A stretch of DNA of 64,000 nt from Pseudothermotoga sp. (lineage in GTDB: Bacteria > Thermotogota > Thermotogae > Thermotogales > DSM-5069), in assembly GCA_031962025.1 (NCBI GenBank), contig JAVRKW010000003.1. One strand, 5' to 3'. A model generated the notes under the pieces. The model was not told where the DNA came from, did no database searches, and saw only the letters and a program-made list of their open reading frames with translations. The position numbers were made by a program, and so were the translations under genes. Shown one piece after another: positions 51,901-62,102 of the stretch. How positions within the stretch are numbered: the first letter of the stretch is position 1; each line of letters begins with the position of its first letter.

Positions 51901-53132
51901 AGATAATACCATGGACCGATAAACGTGTACGGCTCGTTTTTCCAACAATGGGAGCATTTGGCGCATCCTGTTTAGCGGCGGCTATCGAACATTTTGGTGT
52001 TAACACCTATGTATGTCCACAGATGGGTGAAGTCGAATACAAACTGGGTAGGGGCAATTCTCTGTCCAAAGAATGCCTTCCTTTACAGTTGACTCTTGGA
52101 AGCCTGATCAGGTACCTTTCTGAAAATAGGTCAAAAGACGAGATCACGCTCTATTTCATGCCACAGACATCCGGTCCGTGTCGATTTGGCCAGTACAATG
52201 TTTACATGAAGCTGTGGCTGAGGCAGAACAACATCGAAGATGTGGCTCTTTTATCGCTCAGTTCAGAAAACGCCTACGGCGGTCTGGGTATTGGTTTTAC
52301 ATTGAGAGCCTGGATTGCTATTCTGATATCTGATCTGTATTCAAACATTGAAAGATCTTTGATGGCACTTCATCCAGACAGAAAACTGGCAGCGGAAATG
52401 ATCCAAAGACATGAACAAAAGATAATCAACTCTCTCAGATTGAGTAACCTTAAAGGCATATTCAACACGCTTGAAGAGATATCGCAGGAACTTATGTCAC
52501 TTAATTTAGCTGAAAAATACTCACAGGCACCGAAAATTCTGCTCACAGGAGAGATATACGTCAGATGGGACGAGTTCAGTAGAAGAAAGATAGAAGAGCT
52601 GTTTGCATCAGAAAAAATGATTCTTCAGATATCACCAATTCATGAATGGATGTACTACACCGATTACATATTCCTCAAAAAATTGATTAGTAAGGATTCA
52701 ACCTTTTTCCAGCGTGCCAGAAAGATGATAGAAATAATTGTCAAAAGGTACTTTGAAAGAAAGGTGAAAAAAATCCTTGCAAAAGCTGGATTGTGTGATA
52801 CAAGAATGCTGAATGTAAAACACGTTGTTCAGCATGCCTCTTCTTCGCTCGATCCTGTCCTGACCGGAGAAGCGATTCTTACCATAGGCAGCACATTAAC
52901 CGAGATTGGTGAACATTACGACGGCGTGATATCCATAGGTCCCTTTGGATGCATGCCCAGCAGAATTGCAGAAGCTATAATAAAGAGTGAACTGGAGAAA
53001 ATAAAGATGAAGACTTCAAAACCTTTGGCATTTGTGGCTCTGGAAGTCGATGGAAATCCTTTCACACCATCTGTTGAAGCAAAGATAGATTCCTTCATAG
53101 CCCAGATCAAGACGGCAAGGGGTAGAATATGA
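48990..53132 (+). CDS. Multidomain acyl-CoA dehydratase activase-like protein (two BadF/BadG/BcrA/BcrD ATPase domains, DUF2229, dehydratase-like C-terminus)
   Basis: KCASGTGEF, GVDVGSTTTK, EIGGQDAKY, MNEACSAGTGSFLEE, FSCGPD, GPCRFGQY, GPFGCMP. Confidence 0.87.
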   Translation: MKAGICVGSSSVSVYSDKNSPLWIQHNGDPISVVRRILDDLPDSVQIAFTGRKLRRYFNAPSISESEACEIAYSHLKEKYTGCQAIVSAGGENFVLYKLDKNGQIIGVYTGNKCASGTGEFFMQQLKRMGIDLSQIPHMSFDGIYKLSSRCTVFCKSDCTHALNKGVPKQMVLNGLGKVMADKILQLAHTARVSKILLIGGTTKNDLMLRHLQGQIEFIIPEESTYFEAFGAYLWIDRHRTWTVDKSSVLSNKLPSAFSRHQPLLNFSSMVEFKQTQRGTAQAGDECVLGVDVGSTTTKATLVRMSDKKILASSYLRTLGDPINASRKCYEQILEQISVPVKIVAVGVTGSGRKIVGLHVGTNAVYNEIMAHAKAAAFFDPDVDTIFEIGGQDAKYTYLNQGVPYDYAMNEACSAGTGSFLEEAARESLGIDYTQIADFALKGENPPNFSDQCAAFINSDIKTAIQEQISAEDICAGLVYSVCMNYINRVKGNRPVGKKLFVQGGTCYNKAIPYAMAALTGKKVIVPPEPGLMGAYGVALLTMENLEKGIVQRKSYDLRELIDRQVSYLKPFVCSGGKNKCDRKCTISVIQIDGKRLFFGGSCNMYENIRENREDTEELDFLRKREQILYTFSNPVNPRAKIGLSRSFAMNSLFPFFQKFFSELGFEIVLPDEPDEQGKDRMGAEFCFPVEQSHGFMISLLRKKPDFVFIPRIRAIKVNYSNSSGVFCPFVQSEADWLRADISELANFKLLTCNIDFTESDEQIIDSLFEMLKPLKISNADVKKAFYCAKQAQHEFEQNLKQLGRKFLQEVENKGIGIVIFGRSYNAFLSYANLGVPRKISSYGYPVASFDVLPFDNKTGYENMYWAWGEMILKAASYVKDHPKLFPVYITNFSCGPDSFVLSYFKDVMKDKPALILELDSHTADAGIETRIEAFFDVIRYRKQKQQVNQVYKPLKVQINKNGVFIQKDTQIIPWTDKRVRLVFPTMGAFGASCLAAAIEHFGVNTYVCPQMGEVEYKLGRGNSLSKECLPLQLTLGSLIRYLSENRSKDEITLYFMPQTSGPCRFGQYNVYMKLWLRQNNIEDVALLSLSSENAYGGLGIGFTLRAWIAILISDLYSNIERSLMALHPDRKLAAEMIQRHEQKIINSLRLSNLKGIFNTLEEISQELMSLNLAEKYSQAPKILLTGEIYVRWDEFSRRKIEELFASEKMILQISPIHEWMYYTDYIFLKKLISKDSTFFQRARKMIEIIVKRYFERKVKKILAKAGLCDTRMLNVKHVVQHASSSLDPVLTGEAILTIGSTLTEIGEHYDGVISIGPFGCMPSRIAEAIIKSELEKIKMKTSKPLAFVALEVDGNPFTPSVEAKIDSFIAQIKTARGRI

Positions 53133-53139
53133 ACTGCGG

Positions 53140-54087
53140 GTGGTTGAACTGGGCATATTAGTGCTTTCAGGTGATGCAAGGGTTTTGAAAGATGAATATG
53201 TGAAAAATATGGCTCTGGAAAAAGGACTGACAAGAGTAAGAATAGACGTCGATAGCGCGCAGAGAATATCTGAAGTACTGTCCCAGAACAGTCTTTTTTC
53301 GTCGTTTCTCATAGATGTAGTTGATTACAGCGACTGGAAAAAAGAAGACCAGAAGAAATTCTTGGAACGTGCCGAACTGACTGTGCCAATCATTTTAAGA
53401 ACTTCTAGTCCAATAAAGGAATTTCACTCGGTGGATTTTTCACTGCCAAAACCATGGGAACGTGAAAAGTGGCTTGAGTATATAGAAGAAAGATTCAAAA
53501 AAAATTCGCTGTCTTTCGATAAAGATGCCCTGGAAGAATTTTTCAACATGGTAGGTCCCGATGATCTTCTCTTGGAAAGAGAGATAGAAAAACTTGTCTG
53601 CATAGGTGAAAAAGTCTCAGTGAAACTGGTAAAGGAATTTGTCTTCAACCACTCCAGGGTGCAGATCGACGAACTTTGTTTTGCTGTATCATCTGCTGAT
53701 CAAAAACAATCTCACACGATTCTTTCAAGAGTTCTTTCTTACACCGAGCCGGTGGTTGTTGTGAACAGTCTTGCAAGGCATTTCATCGATCTTTACAAAA
53801 TACTGGCTGTTGCTGAAAAACGTCAGAGTTATTCATGGGTTTACATAAAAGAACTCTCTGAAAAATTCGATGTACCGATTGTGAAAGCCGCAAGGATGAT
53901 GGGTTTTACCTTCAAAGGTCAGCCAAAAGCTGTCAATCATTTGCAGATCTACGATCTTGAAAAGCTCGAGTTGATACTGGATCAGCTTCAATCACTCGAC
54001 AGAGAGGTAAAATCATCGGATAACAGGACTATTCTGATTCATCTGTTTGTAGATTTTGTCTGCCGGTTGATGGGTGATAGGTCTTGA
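53140..54087 (+). CDS. holA: DNA polymerase III delta subunit
   Basis: DDLLLEREIEKL, LQSLDREVKS, typical length. Confidence 0.75.
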   Translation: MVELGILVLSGDARVLKDEYVKNMALEKGLTRVRIDVDSAQRISEVLSQNSLFSSFLIDVVDYSDWKKEDQKKFLERAELTVPIILRTSSPIKEFHSVDFSLPKPWEREKWLEYIEERFKKNSLSFDKDALEEFFNMVGPDDLLLEREIEKLVCIGEKVSVKLVKEFVFNHSRVQIDELCFAVSSADQKQSHTILSRVLSYTEPVVVVNSLARHFIDLYKILAVAEKRQSYSWVYIKELSEKFDVPIVKAARMMGFTFKGQPKAVNHLQIYDLEKLELILDQLQSLDREVKSSDNRTILIHLFVDFVCRLMGDRS

Positions 54088-55238
54088 AACTCATCTTTAG
54101 AATCCAGCGAAACAACCGCTACAGCCTCATACCTCTGATAAGTGCTGTGTACAGTAAGATGAAAGATGTGCAGATATTCCTTGCAAAAAACGCACAGGAG
54201 GTTTTTAAAGTTCAGCCTCCCGCTGTTGTCGCATATTCTTTCATGAGTTTTGATCTCGATCAGATCTCTGAAGAAGTAAATAACCTGAAGAATATGGGCT
54301 ATACGCTGATAGCAGGTGGTCCGCACGTCACAGCAAAACCTTTTGAATCTTTAAAGCTGGGTTTTGAACATGTTTTTACCGGCGATGGAGAAGAAAATAT
54401 CCTGAAATTCTTGAACGGTGAACAAAATATCATTTTCGATGGACTTAAAAATCGAATTGACCTTGACGATTATCCCCCGTTTTGTGCAGAACTCGATCTT
54501 TTCATGCCAATTGAGATAACAAGGGGTTGTGTCTTTAACTGTGCGTACTGTGAAACACCGTTGATTGGCGGCAGAAAACCAAGGCACAGAAGTATCGAGT
54601 CGATAGTTCACTACTGTAAAATCGGTTTGAAAAAGAACAAATACATAGCACGGTTCATCTCGCCCAATTCTTTCGGGTATGGTTCAGCCGATGGGATCAA
54701 ACCAAATGTGCAGGCTATAGATACGCTGCTTTTTGAGTTGAAAAAAATCGGCATGAAAGAGATATACTTTGGTACCTTTCCATCCGATGTAAGACCTGAG
54801 TCTGTCAGTGACGAGGTACTGAAGGTGATCAAAAAATACGTCAACAACAAATCCATTATCATAGGTGCTCAAAGTGGAAGCAAGCGAGTGCTTGAGAAAA
54901 TCAAAAGGACACATTCCGTTGAAAGATTATTGCAGGCTGTTGATTTGATCCTTGCCAATGGTTTCACACCACATGTCGATTTCATCTTTGGATTTGGGTT
55001 TGAGACAGATGAGGACAGGTATATGACGCTCAATTTGATCGATAGATTGGTTCAGATGGGCTGTAAAATACACGCTCACACCTTCATGCCACTCCCCGGC
55101 ACAGAACTTGAGAATGCTGGCAGTGCGGTTATTCCAGAGTGGTTTAGAAAAAGAATAGCCCGGCTTTCGTCAGAAGGTAAGCTCGATGGATACTGGGAAA
55201 AACAGCAAATCCTATCGAGAAAACTGGCTGGAAGTTGA
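54084..55238 (+). CDS. B12-binding-domain radical SAM protein (TIGR04013-like)
   Basis: YSFMS, IAGGPHVT, IEITRGCVFNCAYCETP, FGTFPSDVRPE, HTFMPLPGT. Confidence 0.85.
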   Translation: MKLIFRIQRNNRYSLIPLISAVYSKMKDVQIFLAKNAQEVFKVQPPAVVAYSFMSFDLDQISEEVNNLKNMGYTLIAGGPHVTAKPFESLKLGFEHVFTGDGEENILKFLNGEQNIIFDGLKNRIDLDDYPPFCAELDLFMPIEITRGCVFNCAYCETPLIGGRKPRHRSIESIVHYCKIGLKKNKYIARFISPNSFGYGSADGIKPNVQAIDTLLFELKKIGMKEIYFGTFPSDVRPESVSDEVLKVIKKYVNNKSIIIGAQSGSKRVLEKIKRTHSVERLLQAVDLILANGFTPHVDFIFGFGFETDEDRYMTLNLIDRLVQMGCKIHAHTFMPLPGTELENAGSAVIPEWFRKRIARLSSEGKLDGYWEKQQILSRKLAGS

Positions 55239-55319
55239 ATTTTTCAATAATGATTTTGTGAACTTTTATTAACTATGAAAAATCTTCCATTGTGTTACAA
55301 TGTCAACGGAGGGAGATAA

Positions 55320-56534
55320 TTGGCAGAAAAGTTCTGTTCATTCTGTGGTAGACCTGCAAGTCAGGTGAATAAATTGATAGCCGGTCCGAGCGCGTACATA
55401 TGCGACGAATGTGTCGAGCTGTTTCACGATCTTCTCGTCACCGATAAGCGTGTAAAAAGAGAAAAAAAGCGTCAGCTACCAAAACCGGCTGAAATAAAAG
55501 CCGAGCTCGACAAATACGTGATAGGTCAGGAAAAAGCCAAGAAAGTCATATCTGTGGCTGTTTACAACCACTATAAGAGAGTTTTCTATGGTGTTGACAG
55601 CGATGATGTTGAGATAGAAAAATCCAACATTATGCTCATAGGTCCAACAGGTTGTGGGAAGACGCTCATAGCCAGAGTCCTTGCCAAGATACTGGATGTG
55701 CCATTTGCAATAGCTGATGCGACACCATTGACAGAAGCCGGTTATGTGGGAGAGGATGTCGAAAATGTCATTCTAAGGCTGCTGGAAGTTGCACATTTTG
55801 ACATAGAAAGGACTCAGTATGGCATCATTTACATAGATGAAATCGACAAAATCGCCAGAAAATCTCCAAATCCATCTATCACAAGGGATGTCTCTGGAGA
55901 AGGTGTTCAGCAGGCACTGCTGAAGATCGTGGAAGGTACCATAGCAAATGTGCCGCCTCAGGGTGGCAGAAAACATCCGTATCAGGAATTCATAAAAGTA
56001 GATACAACCAATATTTTGTTCATCGTTGGTGGGGCTTTTGACGGGCTCGAAGAAATTGTGAAAAGAAGGATACAGGATTCCACAATGGGATTTGGAGCAG
56101 ATGTGAAGAGCAAAAAGCAAATGAGACTGGGTGAAATTCTGTCTCATGTGACGCCGGATGACCTTGTGCAGTATGGAATGATACCGGAATTTGTCGGACG
56201 TTTTCCGGTGATAGCCACACTGGATGACCTTGATGAAGAGGATCTGGTCAGGATTCTCAATGAGCCGAAGAATGCCATCATAAAACAGTACAAAAAACTT
56301 CTGCAGCTTGATAACATAGAACTTGAAATAACACCTGATGCACTCTATGCAATTGCTCGCAAGGCACTTAAAAAAGGCACCGGTGCAAGGGCATTGAAGA
56401 GCGTTTTTGAAGAGGTCATGATAGACGTCATGTTTGAAATTCCTTCCTCGAAAGATGTTGAGAAGGTAATCGTGACCAGAGAAGCAGTTGAAGGGACTGA
56501 AAAACCAAGGATAGTAATGAGGGAGATAGCATAA
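55320..56534 (+). CDS. clpX: ATP-dependent Clp protease ATP-binding subunit ClpX
   Basis: CSFC...CDEC Zn domain, [24 protein letters not shown]. Confidence 0.97.
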   Translation: MAEKFCSFCGRPASQVNKLIAGPSAYICDECVELFHDLLVTDKRVKREKKRQLPKPAEIKAELDKYVIGQEKAKKVISVAVYNHYKRVFYGVDSDDVEIEKSNIMLIGPTGCGKTLIARVLAKILDVPFAIADATPLTEAGYVGEDVENVILRLLEVAHFDIERTQYGIIYIDEIDKIARKSPNPSITRDVSGEGVQQALLKIVEGTIANVPPQGGRKHPYQEFIKVDTTNILFIVGGAFDGLEEIVKRRIQDSTMGFGADVKSKKQMRLGEILSHVTPDDLVQYGMIPEFVGRFPVIATLDDLDEEDLVRILNEPKNAIIKQYKKLLQLDNIELEITPDALYAIARKALKKGTGARALKSVFEEVMIDVMFEIPSSKDVEKVIVTREAVEGTEKPRIVMREIA

Positions 56535-56535
56535 A

Positions 56536-57525
56536 GTGCCTTTGATACTGGCAGTTGAAACATCCTGTGATGAAACTTCCGTCGCAGTAATTAATGACAA
56601 AGAAATTCTGTCCAACGTGGTTCTGTCGCAGATAGAGATTCATGAAAAATTTGGTGGAGTTGTACCGGAAATAGCAGCCAGACACCATTTGAAAAACTTG
56701 CCTGTCATATACCAGAAAGCCATCGAACGGGCTCGTATCGACCTTTCGAAAATAGACGCGGTCGCTGTAACGATAGGTCCAGGACTTGTTGGTGCCTTGC
56801 TCGTTGGAATTTCCTTTGCCAAAGGAATAGCAGTTTCCCTGAATAAGCCTTTGATAGGTGTCAATCACTTACTCGGTCATGTTTATGCCGCACACCTGGC
56901 TTTTGATGATCTAACTCCCCCTTATGTCGCTTTGCTGGTTTCCGGCGGACACACCGAGCTTTTAGTTTTCGAAAACGCAATAGAGCCGAGAGTACTCGGC
57001 AAAACACTGGATGACGCCGCCGGAGAAGCTTTTGATAAAGTGGCAAGGTTACTGAACATAGGTTATCCCGGTGGACCTGCCATAGAAAAGATCTCAAAAG
57101 ACGGTGATCCTACAAAATATAATTTTCCAAGGGCGATGCTTGAAAAAGAAAATTTCAATTTCAGTTTTTCTGGCTTGAAGACTTCTGTTTTGTATCTTGT
57201 GCAAAAGCAAAAAGATCTTTTCATCCCGGATGTTGCAGCTTCTTTTCAAGAGGCAATCGTTGACGTTCTCGTTGAAAAAGCTATAGGTGCACTTCAGATG
57301 ACGGGTTTGAAAAAACTCGTGGTCAGTGGAGGAGTGGCATCCAATACCAGATTGCGTGAAAAACTAAGCCAGAAGGCAGAACAACTCAAAATCCAGCTTT
57401 ATATTCCACCCAGGGCTCTGTGTACCGACAACGCTGCGATGATTGCACGTGCTGCTATTGAAATACTTCGCGAAGGTGTGAGTTTTGAGCTCAATGTGAC
57501 TGCTGATCCTGCTCTTTCTTTTTGA
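56536..57525 (+). CDS. tsaD: tRNA N6-adenosine threonylcarbamoyltransferase
   Basis: ETSCDET, GGVVPEIAARHH, HLLGH, VSGGHT, DDAAGEAFDK, CTDNAAMI. Confidence 0.96.
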   Translation: MPLILAVETSCDETSVAVINDKEILSNVVLSQIEIHEKFGGVVPEIAARHHLKNLPVIYQKAIERARIDLSKIDAVAVTIGPGLVGALLVGISFAKGIAVSLNKPLIGVNHLLGHVYAAHLAFDDLTPPYVALLVSGGHTELLVFENAIEPRVLGKTLDDAAGEAFDKVARLLNIGYPGGPAIEKISKDGDPTKYNFPRAMLEKENFNFSFSGLKTSVLYLVQKQKDLFIPDVAASFQEAIVDVLVEKAIGALQMTGLKKLVVSGGVASNTRLREKLSQKAEQLKIQLYIPPRALCTDNAAMIARAAIEILREGVSFELNVTADPALSF

Positions 57526-57748
57526 AAAGCCTTTGTCTGACTCTGTTTGCCTTTTCTCCAAGGAGCAACACATGACCACTGTCTGTGACGATAACGCTCT
57601 TTGCCTGAGCACCGTAGGTCAAATTCAGCATTTTATTCGAAAAACTGGCTGTTTCGCGCATCTGTTTTGCTGTGATGTTGTTGATAGATATAACAGCTCT
57701 GACGCGGTCCCTGTTCACATAAACACCTCTGACCACCTGAACAAACAT
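57491..57748 (-). CDS. RemA/DUF370 family protein
   Basis: VNRDRVRAVIS...NLTYGAQAKSVIVTDSGHVLL. Confidence 0.78.
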   Translation of the reverse strand: MFVQVVRGVYVNRDRVRAVISINNITAKQMRETASFSNKMLNLTYGAQAKSVIVTDSGHVLLLGEKANRVRQRLFKKKEQDQQSH

Positions 57749-57762
57749 CGATATCCCTCTTT

Positions 57763-58227
57763 TCAGAACCAGTCTCTCATCAAAAAATACATCGGCTGAC
57801 CGTCCTGTTTGAGTACTCTGTGATTGACTACCTTACCATTGTAAATGAAATGATCTCCAGACTCAAGTTTACCTGTAAGCTCACATTCGAAGTAACCAAG
57901 TATTCCTTCGATTATCGGCAGTTGCAGTTTTTCACTCCTTGACCAGTTAACTTTTGAGAATTTATCAAAATTCCTACTTGAATGATAACCGAAAATCTCT
58001 GCAACCTGGCGCTGGGTCTGGTCCAGAATCTGGATGACGAATTTTCCACTTTTTTCAATGAGCTCTGCAGTTCGTCTTGTGGGACCGAGCGACACTGCGA
58101 TCATGGCTGGTCTGAAAGAAGATTGCATGACCCATGCGGCAGTTAATCCAGCCATTTGGTTTTCAAACTCAGTTGAAACGATGTAAACTCCCTGTACCAA
58201 ATAATCGAAGGCACTCTTAACCATCAC
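57763..58227 (-). CDS. Flavin reductase family protein
   Basis: GVYIVST, AAWVMQSSFRP, GDHFIY. Confidence 0.88.
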   Translation of the reverse strand: MMVKSAFDYLVQGVYIVSTEFENQMAGLTAAWVMQSSFRPAMIAVSLGPTRRTAELIEKSGKFVIQILDQTQRQVAEIFGYHSSRNFDKFSKVNWSRSEKLQLPIIEGILGYFECELTGKLESGDHFIYNGKVVNHRVLKQDGQPMYFLMRDWF

Positions 58228-58242
58228 ATCACCTACCTGAAA

Positions 58243-58653
58243 TCACACCTTGTCATTGGAATTGTTTAATTTATCTTTATCGGCAAAATCAGGGAATCTT
58301 TGTTTGTGCCGTTTATACAGTATTTTTGGATCTATGTAATTGTGATATTTTAGTATCTGTGTCTTTTCTTCACGTGTTATCATTTCTACTTGTTCAAGAA
58401 ACTCGACACAGTCTCTGAATGTTTTAATTGATTTGAGCAAATACACTGTCATGAATATTGCTACAGTTATAAAAAACAAAATTACCGCGCCACCTGTAGG
58501 ATTAATAAAAGTCAGCGGTAAGACGATCAGTACTATGACTACACTGAATATAATTGAGCCAATTATCTCTTTATAAGACCGAATGTGCTGTTCATACTGT
58601 TTTATCGCACGGTATGACTTTTGTGCAGTCTGTTTTGTGTTATCATCGGTCAT
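58243..58653 (-). CDS. Hypothetical two-TM membrane protein
   Basis: AT-rich ORF, two hydrophobic helices, SD GGGTGG. Confidence 0.65.
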   Translation of the reverse strand: MTDDNTKQTAQKSYRAIKQYEQHIRSYKEIIGSIIFSVVIVLIVLPLTFINPTGGAVILFFITVAIFMTVYLLKSIKTFRDCVEFLEQVEMITREEKTQILKYHNYIDPKILYKRHKQRFPDFADKDKLNNSNDKV

Positions 58654-58749
58654 ACTTAAACCACCCATGAGTTGTTTTCACACCATGTGTGTACATGTAC
58701 GACGCGTCCACTATAATATATTATCATAACTACACAAGGGGGCATTTTG

Positions 58750-59661
58750 GTGAATGCGATAACGGTCAAAAACCTGAAAAAATACTACGGCACAACTAAA
58801 GCCGTTGACGGTGTCAGCTTTGATGTGCCTGAAGGACAAATCGTGGCACTGCTTGGACCAAACGGTGCAGGCAAAACAACCACCGTTGAAATCATAGAAG
58901 GATTGAGAAAAAAAGATGACGGAGAGATCTATTATTTTGAAAAAAAGGTTAATCAAATCGATAAAAATGTGAAAGCTCAGATAGGTGTACAGCTTCAGAA
59001 GACCGCTTTTTTTGAATACTTAACTGTCTATGAAACGATCGAGCTTTTCGCGGGTTTATACAAAATGAGATTTCAGAAAAATGATATAGAAAGACTGATA
59101 AATCTCGTAGCTTTACAGGAAAAGGCAAAAAGCAGGGTGAAAAACCTTTCAGCAGGACAACTTCAGAGGCTGGCACTTGCCGTAGCGCTCGTAAATGATC
59201 CAAAAGTGCTGTTTCTCGATGAACCAACAACGGGGCTGGATCCACAGGCTCGAAGGCATGTCTGGCAGATCATAGAAGAGTTGAAACAAAAAGGGAAAAC
59301 CATCTTTCTGACTACTCACTATATGGAAGAAGCCGAAAAACTCGCAGACAGAGTTCTCATAATGGATCATGGAAAAATCATAGCTTCAGGTACGGTGCAG
59401 GAGCTTGTCAGATCGATCAATATGGAAAGTTATATCGAATTCACCGCTACTGATTCGCAGATACTTCAAAGAGAAATACCTGACCTGAGATTTACCGATC
59501 ATGAAAGACTCGTTCTGCCAGCGAGCGATGTTGAAGAATCGATTCACATGCTTTTGAACAAAGCCAAGCAGTTCAACATTAATATAGACAGTATGGTCAT
59601 AAGAAGACCAAATCTTGAAGATGTATTTCTCAGTCTGACCGGTCGTTCTCTGAGAGATTGA
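58750..59661 (+). CDS. ABC-2 type exporter ATP-binding protein
   Basis: GPNGAGKTT, LSAGQ, FLDEPTTGLDP, TTHYMEEA. Confidence 0.93.
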   Translation: MNAITVKNLKKYYGTTKAVDGVSFDVPEGQIVALLGPNGAGKTTTVEIIEGLRKKDDGEIYYFEKKVNQIDKNVKAQIGVQLQKTAFFEYLTVYETIELFAGLYKMRFQKNDIERLINLVALQEKAKSRVKNLSAGQLQRLALAVALVNDPKVLFLDEPTTGLDPQARRHVWQIIEELKQKGKTIFLTTHYMEEAEKLADRVLIMDHGKIIASGTVQELVRSINMESYIEFTATDSQILQREIPDLRFTDHERLVLPASDVEESIHMLLNKAKQFNINIDSMVIRRPNLEDVFLSLTGRSLRD

Positions 59662-59671
59662 GGTGAATTAG

Positions 59672-60844
59672 ATGCGAATCTTACATCTGGCAAAGGCTTT
59701 CTTTCTAAATGACGTTCGCGAGTTCAGCGGTTTTTTCTGGCCATTCATCTTTCCATTGATTCTGTTTTTCATACTCGTCTCGGTTTTTTCGGGTACCTTC
59801 TCAAATGATAGTGGAATTTCTTTCAGGCTCGGTATTGTGAAAGAGGAAAATCTGGCGGGTTTTGGAAAAATTTTAGAACAGCTCATCGAAGAGATTCAAC
59901 CGCAGCCCTTCAGGATTATCACATATGAAAATCTGGATAAGGCTCAGAAAGACCTTCAATTGAAAAAGATCGATCTTGTGCTCAGAATACCAAAGGGATT
60001 GAATATGGAACTGACAAGAGCCATGATTTTTTCAGGTGCTCCAGCAAAAGTTGAACTGTACACACTTGCAAACTCTTATGAATCACAAGTGGCAGGTAGG
60101 ATAATTGAATCGATCTTTCAGCAGGTCGATCTTGAGATGGCAAAACAGGTGGTTTCCAAAACTGGCGGGGAATACAGATCAGTCGAAGTTAAGGTAGAAC
60201 CGATTCAAAAGCAGAGCCGATCAAACCAGTTTCATTATCCAACATATCTTTTTCCAGCTATTCTGCTCATGTCCATTATGTCTGGAGCATTGTTCAGCCT
60301 CCCGCTTGGGTTGATCAACAATCGGGAGCAAGCGGTTAACAAAAGGCTTTACACGACTCCAACCAGTTCATTTGATTATCTTCTATCTCTCGGGTTGAGT
60401 CTTTTCACAAGTATGGTGCTTTCCTGCGCACTTATCTACGCAATGGGTTTAGCGCTTTACAGGGTGAGTGATCTTTGCCTGTCCGCTGGATTTATTCTGA
60501 AACTTCTGTACTCGATAGCTGTTTCCTTCAGTTTGGGAATAATGGTTGCCTCTTTATGCAGAAGGTTTTCCACTGCCCTGGTTGTTACCCAGATTGTTTA
60601 TCAAGTACTGATGTTTTTAGGGGGGTTCTATTTTCCCGTTTTGAATTTCAACATGCCGTGGTCCATCAAAGTGATAGCCAGAGCACTGCCAACAACCTAT
60701 CTGGTAGAGAATTTGCGAATTTCTCTGGGACATAGTCTGTACAACTTTTCTCAGACAGAGCTGTGGATCATACCGGGGTTTTGGATGCTGGCTTCGATTG
60801 CCATTTTCTTCATTAACTTCAAGAAGGTGATGGGTTATGAATAA
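59672..60844 (+). CDS. ABC-2 type permease
   Basis: One TM, large loop, five TM; FLGGFYFP, LPTTY. Confidence 0.88.
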   Translation: MRILHLAKAFFLNDVREFSGFFWPFIFPLILFFILVSVFSGTFSNDSGISFRLGIVKEENLAGFGKILEQLIEEIQPQPFRIITYENLDKAQKDLQLKKIDLVLRIPKGLNMELTRAMIFSGAPAKVELYTLANSYESQVAGRIIESIFQQVDLEMAKQVVSKTGGEYRSVEVKVEPIQKQSRSNQFHYPTYLFPAILLMSIMSGALFSLPLGLINNREQAVNKRLYTTPTSSFDYLLSLGLSLFTSMVLSCALIYAMGLALYRVSDLCLSAGFILKLLYSIAVSFSLGIMVASLCRRFSTALVVTQIVYQVLMFLGGFYFPVLNFNMPWSIKVIARALPTTYLVENLRISLGHSLYNFSQTELWIIPGFWMLASIAIFFINFKKVMGYE

Positions 60845-61883
60845 ACAATTTTTTGCCTTCATGAAAGCTTACTGGGTGGAATCTGTGAGAAATTTAGCCG
60901 GTCTTTTCTTCTCGGTTTTTTTCCCGGTGATCTTTCTTTTGATCTTTGGATTTGTATTCAGCGGGGAGGCTTCTTATAAGAGGACCATAGGGGTATACGC
61001 GGATAACCAGAAAATCATTTCAAAATTGGAGCAAATAGAAAGCTGGGATATAAAGATCTATCATACCCAGCAGGATCTTTTAAAAGATATAGAAGAATCA
61101 AAAATACCAATTGGAGTGCTGGTTGCTGCCAATGATGTTCGGCTGTATTATCAAGACAACCCTTCATTGACAGGTGAGATCAAAATTCTGTCGCTTTCTT
61201 TGAAAGGGATTATCGAGAAAACTATAAATTCTGTCGGACAGTTCATCGGCGTTGACAGTATACAGGTTCGACGTGTTGCCATTTCTGATTTTGATTACAT
61301 GATGATGGGTGTCATAGCCTTATCTTTGTTTTCAAATGGGATGTTTGCCATGATAACAGTTCTTGGAAATTATAGAAAAAAGGGTGTTCTCAAAAGATTG
61401 AGCTTGACCGGTGTGGAACCAGTTAAGATCATCTCAAGTATTTCATCCATCAGAATTATGCTGGGATTTGTGTCTCTCTTTGTGGTTCTATTGTTGTGTA
61501 AGCTCATCTTCAAGAGCAACATACAGTTTAACTGGTTATTGCTAATACCCACTGTTGTTTTCGTCACGCTCGGAATGATGGCAGTAGGTGTTCTTCTGGT
61601 TTCACTGTTTAAAAACACAAATGCGGCATCTAATGCCGCTTCAATTTTGAATACCGTTATGGTCTTTTTCTCTGGAGTGTACTTTCCAATAACTTTCATG
61701 CCGGGTTATATCAGATGGATCGCCTATGTACTGCCGGTTAAATATGCTGCAGACCTTGTTCGATACACTGCGAATGCACAGGCTATGAGTATAACCTTCT
61801 TTTTAATTGTAAATGCCATTTTCTTTGCGAGCGGGATTGTGGCTCTGTATTTTTCTGCTAAAATATTTTTGAAGGCAGAATGA
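60837..61883 (+). CDS. ABC-2 type permease
   Basis: [23 protein letters not shown]. Confidence 0.88.
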   Translation: MNKQFFAFMKAYWVESVRNLAGLFFSVFFPVIFLLIFGFVFSGEASYKRTIGVYADNQKIISKLEQIESWDIKIYHTQQDLLKDIEESKIPIGVLVAANDVRLYYQDNPSLTGEIKILSLSLKGIIEKTINSVGQFIGVDSIQVRRVAISDFDYMMMGVIALSLFSNGMFAMITVLGNYRKKGVLKRLSLTGVEPVKIISSISSIRIMLGFVSLFVVLLLCKLIFKSNIQFNWLLLIPTVVFVTLGMMAVGVLLVSLFKNTNAASNAASILNTVMVFFSGVYFPITFMPGYIRWIAYVLPVKYAADLVRYTANAQAMSITFFLIVNAIFFASGIVALYFSAKIFLKAE

Positions 61884-61896
61884 GGAGGGAGAAATC

Positions 61897-62091
61897 GTGA
61901 ACTGTATCAACAGAGAGAAAAACCTCAAAAACTGTAATTGTTCATACCCTGGCTGTGAAAGGAAGGGAATTTGTTGTGAATGTTTGGCTTACCATAGATC
62001 AAATGGAGAGCTACCCGCGTGTTATTTTTCAAAAGAAGACGAAAAAAGCTGGGATAGATCGATCGAACGCTTCATCTCCAAGCACAGGTAG
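61897..62091 (+). CDS. Small cysteine-rich protein (DUF6485-like)
   Basis: [21 protein letters not shown]...LPACYF; SD GAGGAGG. Confidence 0.75.
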   Translation: MNCINREKNLKNCNCSYPGCERKGICCECLAYHRSNGELPACYFSKEDEKSWDRSIERFISKHR

Positions 62092-62102
62092 GTGTAAGCT
62101 CT

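Noticed and set aside
55773..56615. 280-aa antisense ORF (also 49935-50645, 34081-34686, 27670-28230)
   Set aside because: Shadow frames opposite well-conserved genes, with no recognisable motifs.
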